The translations under genes were made by a program, and so were the position numbers. A model generated the notes under the pieces. That model was not told the DNA's origin. It ran no database searches and worked only from the letters and a program-made list of their open reading frames with translations. This document shows positions 38,040 to 49,851 of a stretch of DNA of 64,000 nucleotides, piece by piece. Origin of the DNA: Neoconidiobolus thromboides FSU 785. Its lineage: Eukaryota; Fungi; Entomophthoromycota. Each line of letters opens with the position of its first letter. Position 1 is the stretch's first letter. The stretch covers positions 145,838 to 209,837 of the forward strand of contig MU626269.1 of NCBI GenBank assembly GCA_025603075.1, written 5' to 3'.

Positions 38040-38939
38040 ATGGGTTATGTCTCAGGATTTAGTGTAGTAGTAATTGCATTGATTGCGTTATTAGCGATTT
38101 TAAATGGGATATTATTATTTTTAGCGATCAAAGTTAAGCCACGCACCAAAGACATCAACTTTATCATAATCATATGTTGCTTACAATTTTTAATACCAAT
38201 TATTGGGTTTAGCAATATGATTAGTTATATTGGTACAGATACTTATCTATTATCCAAACGGTTGGGTTGTCAAATTTCTGGATTTTTTACAGCTTTAGTG
38301 TTTTTTTATCAAGTAATTACAAATTTATGTTTAGCTGTCGAAAGATTGTCTCATATTACTAAAAAAGATTACTTGAATTATTTTTATTTCCCTACCTTTT
38401 TAGCCTCAATATCATTCTTATTGTTACTCTTAGTATCAGCATCTGAAAACTTATTAATAATAAGCGCATCTGGGATTATATGTATGCCTTCCCCGACACA
38501 TGGTATTTTACCAGGAATGGCATTTTTCTTATTTTTGTTTTGTATGGTTTCAAGCTCTATTGTTATCTTTTATTGTTATTTGAAATTGGCAATTTATACC
38601 AATAATTTAAGTTCCTTTATTGAAATTGGGCCAGATTCTGCCTATAAAATTAAAAATGATATCAAGAGAGGCTGGTCTGTGAAATGGGTATCAATTCGTA
38701 TCTTTTCTATACTGGCTGTTTATGGTACCTGTACCTTCAGTTCCATATTATGTTTAGTGATCGAAGCTTACTTTGAAATTAAGTTTGGATTTGGATCAGT
38801 AGCTCAATCTAATTTAAATATGGCAGCCATCCTACTATTTATCATTGGGACCATAGCCAGTTTATTGTTACTACTGATAATACATTCTGGAATCTCTAAA
38901 CAAGCTAAAAAAATTTTTAAAGACAAACAAAGCGGTTAA
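38040..38939 (+). CDS. Class-A (rhodopsin-family)-like 7TM GPCR-like protein 1
   Basis: Seven hydrophobic segments, TM1 Asn (ILNG), TM3 Cys (GCQISGF), DRY-like ERL, ECL2 Cys (IICMP), TM5 CY. Confidence 0.8.
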   Translation: MGYVSGFSVVVIALIALLAILNGILLFLAIKVKPRTKDINFIIIICCLQFLIPIIGFSNMISYIGTDTYLLSKRLGCQISGFFTALVFFYQVITNLCLAVERLSHITKKDYLNYFYFPTFLASISFLLLLLVSASENLLIISASGIICMPSPTHGILPGMAFFLFLFCMVSSSIVIFYCYLKLAIYTNNLSSFIEIGPDSAYKIKNDIKRGWSVKWVSIRIFSILAVYGTCTFSSILCLVIEAYFEIKFGFGSVAQSNLNMAAILLFIIGTIASLLLLLIIHSGISKQAKKIFKDKQSG

Positions 38940-39520
38940 ACTAATTAATGTTATAAATAAAATGTATTCTTTTCTTTTGTTAAATAAATTTGTAATAAAA
39001 TATTTTAGCGATTGTTTATTAAATTTGGTAAAATGAATAAATTGAGAATTATACTAAATTAAAATTTTAGTAAATTCTTGCTTATAGAAGTGATATAGAT
39101 AAACCACAAATAAGATTTATAAAGTTAGTCTTCTTGAAAAACACTAACGCCGTAGCAAAAATCTACAAGCCCATATTTAATAGTTAAAATTGTATAAATT
39201 TGTAAAACAAACATAATAGTCTTAATCCTTTAATGAAAAAATTAACTATATAAATTTTAAGGATCTTTATAATTCACTATAGTCAATCTAATATCAATTT
39301 TGTTATTTAAAAAGTTATTTTAATTGATACTGAATTCATTGTTGATGTTTCCATGACTACTCAAACGAGCATTATTATGGCTTTAATGAGGTTTTGCTTG
39401 ATTTAGATAGCTTGGCCCATTTGATTTAGGTTGTATTATCGTAGGTAGCATTGTTATCATTTCACTTTTGAAAGAGTTAAAAAAAGGTTGGCTAATATTC
39501 CAATCCCTTTTTTGATTTTA

Positions 39521-39625
39521 ATATGGGGTGTTTTTTTGGGTTCATTACTTTTTCCACCTTTTAAGCGCTATTTAAGTGGAAAAATTGTTAGTAAAATTCT
39601 TAAATACAAAAATACATCCCCATAT
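39521..39625 (-). mobile_element. MITE family A copy 8
   Basis: ATATGGGGTGTTTTTTTG...ACATCCCCATAT. Confidence 0.9.
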
Positions 39626-39912
39626 CATCAAGTACCATAAACGCTTTCATAATAGGGGGCATTTTTTACCAATTATTCTTTTTTATACTTTTTAAATTAA
39701 AATTAACCAGCCAACTCAACTGTTTAAGTTTGAATGTAAACTAATAATAAATTCTATAGTTAAGTATTTGTTTTATTATAGAAAATATCATTTGATCTTT
39801 ATTTTTTATTATAAAATGAGGAATTAGCTAGCACACATCTATGTTTAAATAATTGTACTGGTTAATTTCTAAATTAAAAAGTAGTAAAAATAGACAATTG
39901 ATAAACTTCACC

Positions 39913-40018
39913 ATATGGGGATGTATTTTTTTGTTCAAGAATTTTACTAACAATCTTTTCACTCAAATAGCGCTTAAAAGATGGATAAAATAATGAAACC
40001 AAAAAATCATCCTCATAT
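39913..40018 (+). mobile_element. MITE family A copy 9
   Basis: ATATGGGGATGTATTTTT...TCATCCTCATAT. Confidence 0.9.
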
Positions 40019-40085
40019 TTTGTTTAATTACACATTCTTGATGAAAGGTCTCCAAATTATTGAGAAAAATAAAATATTGTCTTTA

Positions 40086-40108
40086 TGCGCCCACCGCGGA
40101 TTGAACGC

Positions 40109-40152
<44 letters not shown>

Positions 40153-40158
40153 AGCCGC
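40086..40158 (-). tRNA. tRNA-Phe (anticodon GAA)
   Basis: GCGGCTATAGCTCAGTTGGGAGAGCGTCAGACTGAAGATCTGAAGGTCCCGCGTTCAATCCGCGGTGGGCGCA cloverleaf, 73 nt. Confidence 0.95.
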
Positions 40159-40529
40159 TAATATGCTATTCATATTTAACTTTATTATATAAATATAAAA
40201 AATGTCAATCTCTAAATACTTTATAACTTAGTGAAATGAGATCCTAACGATTATAAAAAATATACATACAAAATTCTTTAATTTGTTTATGGTCGATGAT
40301 TTAATTATTTGTATAGCTATAATATAAAAGTAGTTTATAGTTTTAGATTAATGCTCTTAGTACCTCTCTTGTTTTATTTAAAATAAAAACCAAATATTCT
40401 CTTAAACTAGTGTTTATTTGTTAAAAAGTAGTAAAGTCAATTGTTAGGGATAAAGTACAAAGTTTTAAAGAGCCAATGTTTTGTTAGAGATGTTCAACTA
40501 AAGGACCAAATTTCTCTTTTATAAGGATT

Positions 40530-40635
40530 TATATGGGGATGTTTTTGATTTCATTACTTTTCCATTTTTTAAGTGCTATTTGAGTGGAAAGGTTTTTAGT
40601 AAAATCCTTAAAACAAAAAAGTACATCCCTTATAT
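40530..40635 (-). mobile_element. MITE family A copy 10
   Basis: ATATGGGGATGTTTTTG...ACATCCCTTATAT. Confidence 0.88.
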
Positions 40636-40795
40636 GTTTGCATTAAATTTTTCCAACTTAAAAGTTATTGAATTTTTTGAAAATGATTTTATTTGATAAA
40701 AATTTAAATAGAAAAAGGGCTTATTTAGAACTGAACACAAATTATAGTATTGACAGTAGATGATCTAAATCAAAAAAATTGCTACCAGAGTTGTT

Positions 40796-40831
40796 GGAAA
40801 AAGTAATGAAGTCAAAAAAAACATCCCCATA
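40796..40831 (+). mobile_element. MITE family A, truncated right end
   Basis: GGAAAAAGTAATGAAGTCAAAAAAAACATCCCCATA matches the right third of the element. Confidence 0.75.
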
Positions 40832-40969
40832 CCATATATTGGAAATAAATTAGGAACAGAAATATTTATTCCGTAGGATACTCAAATTAGCAATGTAGTT
40901 TTTTAGAACTTTAGCTCTAGATAACCATGGAGACTGAACATAAGGAGAAAAAACAAATAAAGTAAATAA

Positions 40970-41034
40970 AAAAATAAAAATAAAAATAAAAATAAAAATA
41001 AAAATAAAAATAAAAATAAAAATAAAAATAAAAA
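40970..41034. repeat. (TAAAAA)n microsatellite
   Basis: About 10 tandem hexamers. Confidence 0.9.
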
Positions 41035-41183
41035 CTATGGATTAGTAAGTTATCTTTAAAATAACTTGAATAATATTTTATAACTATTTCAAAGGAAATA
41101 CTAAATATATAATAATAAAGCTAGTAAAAAATCTTACTTTTTGGTATAATTTATTAGCAAGCAAGATAAATACTATATTTTAA

Positions 41184-42095
41184 CTATTTACAACATAAAA
41201 ACCTACTAACCTTATCAACAAAAATTTGCCTTTGCTTGGCTATTCCTGTATGTAAAAACAATAAGATTAGTGAGTTAGTAACACTTCCAGAAAGGAACAG
41301 GAAAATTGCAGTTGAGTTTAAAGTTTTTTGAATTGGGGTACCAAATCCATATTTAAACTCAAAGTAAGTTTCAACTGAAAATAATATAATAGATCCAAGG
41401 GTGCAAATAATGTAGACGGCTAAAATTGAAAATAGTCGTATGGTTGCCCATTTTAAATTTTGGCTGACTTGAGATATATTGCTTGAGTCTGTAATTGTTT
41501 CAATATTAATTTTTATAAACTTTTTTGCTTGATTGGTTATAAACGCTATTTTAACATAGCAAACAAAAATAGCAATTGAGCTTATAAACATACTTATTAA
41601 AAAGTGAAAGTAAGTGATTGCTGTTGTCAATGAGTAGGTTGGAGACATTAGACAAATAGCATTAGAAGCACTTGCTATTAATAAATGTTGAGAAGCTGAA
41701 GTGACCAAAAGCGCAAAAAAAGATAAAGCCATAATGGCGATTGGTATATATAATTTTTTTAAATAAGGTTGTTTAGTTATATGTGACAGTCTCTCAATAG
41801 CAAGGATCAAATTCAAAATCACTTCATAATAAAAAACAGTTACAGATAAAAAACCTAAGATTTGGCATCCTACAACTTGATTTAAAGCTTTGATCCCAGT
41901 TATATAAAAGTAGACGATGTTGGCCCAGCCTATTAACGGTGTTAGATATTCAATACAACAGATTGTTACAATGAATATTATATCCCTTGTTCTTGGTCGG
42001 ATTTGTAAAGCAAAAGCTAGTATAAAACTGTTTAAGATGACTAGCGTCCCTGCAATTGCAAATATACAAATAGTAGCTGCTGTGTAGCTTGCCAT
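41184..42095 (-). CDS. Class-A-like 7TM GPCR-like protein 2
   Basis: GCQILGF, LAIERL, AICLMSP, VCYVKI, TM7 NSLILLFLH; paralogue of 38040 and 43632. Confidence 0.8.
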   Translation of the reverse strand: MASYTAATICIFAIAGTLVILNSFILAFALQIRPRTRDIIFIVTICCIEYLTPLIGWANIVYFYITGIKALNQVVGCQILGFLSVTVFYYEVILNLILAIERLSHITKQPYLKKLYIPIAIMALSFFALLVTSASQHLLIASASNAICLMSPTYSLTTAITYFHFLISMFISSIAIFVCYVKIAFITNQAKKFIKINIETITDSSNISQVSQNLKWATIRLFSILAVYIICTLGSIILFSVETYFEFKYGFGTPIQKTLNSTAIFLFLSGSVTNSLILLFLHTGIAKQRQIFVDKVSRFLCCK

Positions 42096-43631
42096 TTTTT
42101 TAAAGAAAAAATATCAATCAATCGTTTATTTCCTATGATTATATACATTTCATATGGTTTATGAATTCAACCGGTTTATACTTTTAATTTTAATAAGATT
42201 TTATTATTTTAATTGTTCAAGCATGACTTCCAATTTTGGCAAAATCTATTAAAATTAATAATAGTTTTTTTCAAATCATACAATTAATGTTATTAAAATA
42301 TCAGGTTATAATTTATTTATTTTAATTACTTAGCAGCTTATTTTAATAGGTTTTCAGATCTAAAAGGCGACAAGTCATTTTATTGCAGTTACAAAATAAA
42401 TCTTATTATCAAAACGAGATTTAATACAATATAAAATAAAGGTATAGTGTTGCCAGATGAAAACAGTAATTTATTGGTAGCTTCCAACTAATATTAGTGA
42501 TACTTGATAAGAATCCTCTAAATTATATATTAAATCATTCATCCTTATTTTTTTATCAACCAAATGTATGCTTTTAAGTTCAAACTTGGTAAATAGACAC
42601 AGCGCCTCAGTCGTACAAGTATTAGGATTTAATCTATGGTTTTTAATTCTTGAAGCTTTCAAATTTAATTGATTTTGCCAGAATAAGTAAACTGTATTAT
42701 AATTATAATAAAAACAGAGCTATATTTTACTAATAGATAAAATCTGTTAGTATATGCTGCTAAATTAACACTCTATATCAAAATAAAATTCTCGCTACAA
42801 TATGCTACAATATGCTACAATATTAATGTAAATTATTTAATAAAGTTAAAAGTTGTAATAAAACAATAAAAGAGTTTACTTTTATTTGGTTTGATAATAC
42901 AGAACAATCCAGATCTTGTATTTTTTAACAACCCGTATAAATACTAAAAATTGAAAGTGGCATTTATTAATTAATTGAATTTCTTAAATAGTTTTCTCAA
43001 GCTTTATGAACTTAGCTAATTAATAAAAAAGAATAAAAAAGTAATGTTTATTTCATACTTCAATATGTCATTAACTCTTTAGCAACAAAAATGTTAGTTG
43101 AACTATTGGTTTTAGTTTTTTATAAAATCAAAGTCTATGAAAGGAATATATAATATAATTCTACTCAAAATAAATCAGATGGATTTGTTAAGTAACTCCT
43201 TGTAAATTAGTGCCATTTATTTTCAGTAGTTGTTGGATGAAATTGTCTAAATATATTATTTTTTGATTTTTTTGATGCCTTAGATGATACTATATAAATC
43301 ATTCTTTTTGTAATGTAAAATAATTTATCTTTGTATAAAAGACGTAAAAAGAACTATGGAAGACAATAAATATGACAGTAAATAAAAGTGAATCTATGTT
43401 GGTCGTTTTTATTCTTACTTATTTTGTAATTTGTCTAAATATCAACAAAAAACTGAAAAAGCGATCAATATAGATCTAATTTTGCTCGTCATTATAAAAT
43501 ATTAAATGAATTATTTTCTTTTAAATTTGTTTGATTATTTTTTTAGTTTAGATGGAGTAGCTATACTAATAATGAAGTTGTACTTTTAAGCTAAAATTTA
43601 ACTAAACCAGACGAACCATTTTATTTGTAAC

Positions 43632-44543
43632 TTATCTATAACATATGAACCTACTAGTCTTATCAACAAATTTTTGTCTTTGCTTAGCTATTCCTGTATG
43701 TAAAAATATTAATATTAAGGAGTTGGCAGCGCTACCAGAAAGGAATAAAATAATAGCGCTAGAGTTCAAAGTTTTTTGAGTTGGGCTACCAAATCCATAT
43801 TTAAACTCAAAGTAAGTTTCAACTGAAAATAATATAATAGATCCAAGGGTAGCGATGATATAAACAGTTAAAATCGAAAAGATTCTTATGGTAACCCATT
43901 TTAAATTGGAACTAACTTCTGATATCTTACTTGCATCAGTCGTCGTCTCAATGTTGATTTTTATAAACTTTTTAGCACGTTTGGTTATAAGTGCTATCTT
44001 AACATAACAAACAAAGATACCAACTGAGCTTATAAACATACTTATTAAAAAGTGAAAGTAAGTAATTGCTGTTGTTAAAGAGTGGGAAGGTGACATTAAA
44101 CAAATAACGGTTGAGGCACTTAGTTTTAATAAATGTTGAGCAGCCGAAGCGATTAAAAGGGCAAAAAAAGATAAAGACATAATGGCGACTGGTATATATA
44201 ATTTTTTCAAACATGGTTGTTTAGATAAATGTGATAATCTCTCAATAGCAAGAATTAAGTTTAAAATCACTTCATAATAAAAAACAGTTACAGATAAAAA
44301 ACCTAAAATTTGACATCCTTCTACTACATCATAAGCTTTTGTTCCCGTTATATAAAAATAGACAATATTGGCCCAGCCTATTAACGGTGTTAGATATTCA
44401 ATACAACAAATCGTTATAATAAATATTATATCCCTTGTTCTTGGCCGGATTTGTACAGCAAAGGCTAACAAAAAACTGTTTAAAATAACTAAGAGCCCAG
44501 CAATCGCAAATATTATAATTCCAGATAATGAAAAACTACCCAT
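43632..44543 (-). CDS. Class-A-like 7TM GPCR-like protein 3 (tandem duplicate of protein 2)
   Basis: Same 303-aa length as 41184-42095 with long identical stretches. Confidence 0.8.
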   Translation of the reverse strand: MGSFSLSGIIIFAIAGLLVILNSFLLAFAVQIRPRTRDIIFIITICCIEYLTPLIGWANIVYFYITGTKAYDVVEGCQILGFLSVTVFYYEVILNLILAIERLSHLSKQPCLKKLYIPVAIMSLSFFALLIASAAQHLLKLSASTVICLMSPSHSLTTAITYFHFLISMFISSVGIFVCYVKIALITKRAKKFIKINIETTTDASKISEVSSNLKWVTIRIFSILTVYIIATLGSIILFSVETYFEFKYGFGSPTQKTLNSSAIILFLSGSAANSLILIFLHTGIAKQRQKFVDKTSRFICYR

Positions 44544-46351
44544 TTTTAAGGAAAAAAGACAAATTCAATTGAATGCTTCTTTCTTATTTATATATACTTT
44601 GTATGATTTATCTATTCAACCGGTTCAATGCTTTTTTACCTGTTAATAAAAGGTATTAATCTAAATAATTCGGATATGGTTACTATTTTTGGTAAGGCGA
44701 ATCAAACTTAGTAATAATATTCTTCTAATTATATATAAAAATTAATATATAACAGGTTTGTAAACTAATTTTTTTGAGATTAATTATAAATTTATCTTAA
44801 TAGCCTTTCAGTTTAAAAATTCTTTATCCGTTTGTTGTAATTATAAAATAGACATCCCAGTTAAATAGAATGTGATATAATAGAGTGTGAAGTAAAGATA
44901 TAATTACTAAAAAAACAACCAATATATAATACATTATTTATAACTTATTGTACCATCAAGCATGTGAGTACGCAAAGTTTAAGATTGATAATTAGAAAGT
45001 GATACCACATTTGCTAGAAGGAGCGAAATTTTATCGATGGTTCTTAATTCTCGAAACAACTATAAAATTGGCTTTACCAGAATAAGTAAACTACACTTAA
45101 AAAATGATTCATGCAGAATTCTATTCTGAAAAATATAGTTTGTTAATATATGCCGAATAAATTAGTAGACTATAATAAAATAAACAATTGGCATTATTAT
45201 ATGCTATGTCATTTTACATGAACTATATTATAAAATCAAGGATTACAATAAAGTAATACTAAGATTTATTTTTATTTCGTTTTATAAATACGGAATTTGA
45301 TCCAGATTTTGTACTCTCATAATTCGTACAAATGCTATAAACTGAACATGGCATTTAGCAATAAATTATTAATTTTCGATTTTTTTCTCATGATCTACAA
45401 GCTTGTTTGATTTGTAAAAAAAGAATAAAAAATATTACTTATCTCATAGTTTAATAAATCATCAAATAATTTTATAACCTTTAAAATACCTGTAAAAGCT
45501 ATAGTGCTTTTTCTTGGCTTATTGAAAATACATTATTATTTAAAATGTTAATACTTCATATATTTTTAAATAACACTCATTTAAATAAATACTTGTTATA
45601 CGTCCGCTCAGTGTTTTTCATCTAGTTTGATTACCTATTGCAACTCCAACAACATCTACATAAAAGCATCAAAAGTTCCTTCTGTTTTGAAGTCCCTTAA
45701 ACCAAATAAAAAGAGTTTATATTTTTAAGATCAGAATATATATTTAATAGGGCTAAATATAACTCCAAGAACATGAAAAGTTTTAAGCCCTGGACTGAGA
45801 TCTGATTATCAAATTATAAACAGCTCTTATTATGTATAAATTTCAAACTCTTAATTATAATCTGTTACGATTTATAAAATTATATTCCTTCAAATGAACA
45901 CCCTTTTCTAAGGATATGTAATTTAAAAAGTAAATCATTCAACAGGTGTTGATAATATGGGGATGTCCAAATTGGTTTGGGAATTAGTTAAAAATCAATT
46001 CAACTTTTAAGTTTTCAAATTTGTAAGTCCTCAATATATGATTAATCAAATTTAAAAAACTTAAGCTTATTTTGATTGTTTTTTTTTAAATAATTGATTT
46101 TTTCAATTGTGCATTTGATATTATTTTTATTAATTTTTAAAAATTTAATACAATAAGGGGAAGCACATTATATAAACGTTACAATTCATTTACATCAATT
46201 TTAACAATTGTTCATAATAGCCCAAAGTTTATAGAATTTTGTGATAAAACAAAAAGAAAAGAAAAATTACTAGAATTTACTAATAATAATAATAATAATA
46301 ATAAACTTAATCAAGCAATGTACAAAGTTGATGCTTTAAGGAGTAAAATAT

Positions 46352-46821
46352 TGCTGTGCCAGCCCTATGATTAACTATAGTATAATAATTGCCTAAGTTA
46401 TTGTGTTCTCGAGTTCAGAAACAATCAATCCCATGCTCTTAATTTGATTTACTATGTGAATTTCTATCTTCATCTCAAAGAATATTATCTTCTCATTTTG
46501 ATATTTGTACTTGTCAAGGTATAAAAGAGATTTTAAAGTATAGTAGCTCGAGGTTTTTCAACTAAATTATTCCCTAATATTTCATACATTTAGTAAAGTC
46601 ACTAAATTTTCTTAATAATATTTTACGTAGATTTTACATTAGTATTGTTTACTCTATTTGTCTTACATAGTCTATAGCCTATCATGCGTTATTCTTCGTA
46701 ATTCAAGTCTATATTAGTCACACAAACTAAGGCCTTTCGACTTACGGTATAGTCAACTAGATAATAGCTATTATCGACTCCAATCACTGAGTACCAGATC
46801 CCGCAGTTAATCTTATTAGCA
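46352..46821 (+). mobile_element. Solo-LTR-like dispersed repeat, copy 1
   Basis: Collinear similarity with the reverse complement of 63640-64000; TG...CA ends; internal TATAAAAG; flanks ATAT/GTAT look like a degenerate 4-bp duplication; no coding sequence attached. Confidence 0.6.
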
Positions 46822-47222
46822 GTATTTTCCACTTAATAGTATTAAAAGTGAACAAAATAGTGAAACGTAAAAAGGCATCCCTTGATTCTAAAAAAGTTGA
46901 AGAAATTTACATTCTGTTTTTAAATGTTAATTATTTTATAAAACTATCAAAAAAAATTATAATAATATTTTAGTGTTAAGTATAAGTCATTTGTAATACT
47001 TGATTCACTTAGATCTTCTTATTTATTCCATGTCTTTGTATGTATCTTTGATAGCTAAAAATATAAATAATACTAACTTATACATCAAACTTAATATTTA
47101 TAACATAGGATATTAAAATCATTAAATCGAATTAAATATATTAAAGTTATAATTGATTTCTATAACATTTAATTATATACAAAATAATAAAAGCTTTATA
47201 ACAAAAATTCTCTTTTAAGTTT

Positions 47223-48800
47223 CTACTTAATCTTAAAACAACTTTCTTCCGATTCAATAAAAGTGGAGCCCTTAAGTGTTAACTTTTGTTCCAAATGAGT
47301 TAAACTCAGGTCAAAATAAAATAATAAACGACAAAGTGTTAATTCAACCATTGATTGTATAAGGCTAGAGTAAAGTATTTTTCATTATTAAAATAAAATC
47401 CGCTATTATCTTCATTAATCCGTTTTTCAGATCGAAGTTGTTTCACATCTTCACTCCATAAATCTGGATCATAATGTAAGATATAAATATTAGTACTTAC
47501 AATGATCTATAGAGACAAAGATAAGAACAGAAAAAACATTAAATACAAAAAATATCAAAAACTATATTTACCCCTCGAGGAAGAAAATAGCTATTAATAG
47601 TTTTCCCATTATTAGGTACTTTTCTGAATAATAAATTAGCTACTCCAGGTATTAACCTTAAGCTTTCTCTTGTACTGACTTTAAAACATAACATTTGTTT
47701 TCGGCTTTATTGGGATTCAGAAAACGTATTGTATTTATTAAAGATCCTTCTATTTCTATTTCTACTTGTTGGTGAAGTTCCAGATGTTTTAAAATAAAAT
47801 ATAAACACATATAGAATAAACTAGTTGGTGCCACTGGTGACAAGGAGAGAGATGGTTTACCATGTTAAGGTATATGTAATCGATTCGGAACCGAAGGTAC
47901 TAGAAAATAAATAAATAATATAATAAAAACTAGAACCTGACAAAACTATTATATTTATAATTGAGCTTCGGCGGCCAACTCAGTGATAGATAATTTATCA
48001 TTAGTCCCTGTATCTTTAGCATTGGTTAGTGAATATAAAACGGAATTATTATCAGTTGAATTTATTGCCTTTATAACACATTTCTTTGAAAATTCGTTTG
48101 CTTTTAAATAATAATAATTAGCTGTGAAATGTAAGATTGTATTATTTTTTGTAATAGAAACAGATAATTTCATCTTATAATCAAGGTTGCATTTCAGTTG
48201 TCTTTCTTTAATGCTTTAAAGGAGACCCCAAAACTTATATTTCCTATAATATTAAGGATAGTTAATTTGAATAATTTAAAAATATTACATTGATTAGAGT
48301 TATTTGAAGTTAATATTGTAGTTTCAGGTAATGGTAGTACACCAAACATGATGATTGAAGGTTCTATCAAGCGTATAAAACTGGATTAAAATGTATAGTG
48401 TGATATTCGTTTCCTTTTTTGGTTTCCTTTTTTATGCTGTTTTTCATCTATCATGAAAAATAAACTTCATATTTTTGAAAGTACTCATAAAATCGGTATT
48501 AGAATAAATTTGTTTTACTGATTTATAATTGTATAAAATGACTTCACTTTAACCTAAAGTTAAGGGTAATATTAGGATTTTTATTATTAATTTATAAATT
48601 CAACTTATTAACTCTTACTGTTCTACTGTATTTTTGATATAAATTATCATAAATTAGAAATGCTTTGAAAATGGAAACACTTGATATAAGGTTGGACCTG
48701 GTATATGTCTTAATGGACTAATAAAAAGATTGTAATAAATCTAAAAAAAGTGTTCACTTTTATTTACTTTATAAATTTAATATTGATTGATATTAATAAG
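47223..48800 (-). pseudogene. Cytochrome P450 pseudogene
   Basis: Fragments in shifting frames with stops: IYYNLFISPLRHIPGP (Pro hinge), LYQKYSRTVRV, IEPSI, ELAAEAQL, LYFILKHLELHQQVEIEI (I/J helices), RESLRLIPGV (ExxR), KTINSYFLPRG, HYDPDLWSED..LRSEK (PERF region), MVELTLCRLLFYFD; no FxxGxRxCxG motif. Confidence 0.85.
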
Positions 48801-49362
48801 CAGATTATGTTTATAATTATTGTTTAAAAGAAAAAGTGTTTTTATTGATATTGAACTTAATTATAGTTTTAAAACGAGCATTTAAAGCAGAATTAAAAGA
48901 ACAGTTCTGTTCTAGTTTATGCTATTTAAAGATTTCAATTATTATTAGTGTTCATATATAGTATCAAAAATTGATTTTTGTTCAAGTGTTTTTATAATAA
49001 TTAAGATCTAATTATTGCCTTTATATCTTACACTAGAACAATTAGATTTATAATTCATTGAAGATTAGGAAGGAGGTGAAATAAAAACCAATCTATTAAA
49101 TTTTAATAGTATATAATAAATTTGATTTTTCATTTATTAAATAGTATAACAAAGTAAGACAAAAGTAGACTTACTATAGCCGGGTATAATTTAATAACTT
49201 CATTCATTCCATTTTGACTTATAGACAATTGCCAAATAAACATTCTCCTACTTTTATCAATTCAATTCAAACTAAGTTATAATAATAATAGCTTTATAAA
49301 AAAACATTAAAACCATCCAATTTATAATCAATTATAATAATTCAACTCATGTTTTATTTTTA

Positions 49363-49851
49363 TTAGTTTTTATCCTTAACTTCTTTTGTATCTTTATCCT
49401 TTCCTTCCTTCTCCTTTTTGTTCCTAACTTTCTTTTTCAATGCACTCATTTCATTTCTTAATAATGCATTATAAGTATTTAAAAATTTATCTACAGAATT
49501 CGAGTTCAACTAAAAAATGAAATAAATTCTTCGTTAATATCCAAATTTTTAAAAAAAGCTTTAATACTGTCAATAGTTATAAATACAATAAAAACTTACA
49601 TAAGTACTAATTGTTTTTTTGTCCACTGTAACTCTTACTAAACAATAATGCTTGTCTTTAACTTCCCCTAATTTACGTTTTAAACTTGGATGAGATGCTC
49701 TCTTTAATGTATAGAATACACTTCCTTTATCTTTCGTTTGTTGAAACAAATCCTTCAATTGTTTATTAAACTGAAATAATAAAACTATTAGTTTAAACTT
49801 ACTAATGATTATTTAATATATTATTTTTACCTCTGAATTGTTTAATAGCAT
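49363..49851 (-). CDS. SRP14: Signal recognition particle subunit SRP14 (3 exons)
   Basis: MLLNNSE|FNKQLKDLFQQTKDKGSVFYTLKR...CLVRVTVDKKTISTY|...FLNTYNALLRNEMSALKKK. Confidence 0.9.

Noticed and set aside
38040-44543. The 7TM proteins as light-sensing opsins
   Set aside because: No lysine in TM7 for retinal attachment.
45956-45967. ATATGGGGATGT as a further MITE copy
   Set aside because: Only the TIR matches and the internal sequence is absent; at most a remnant.
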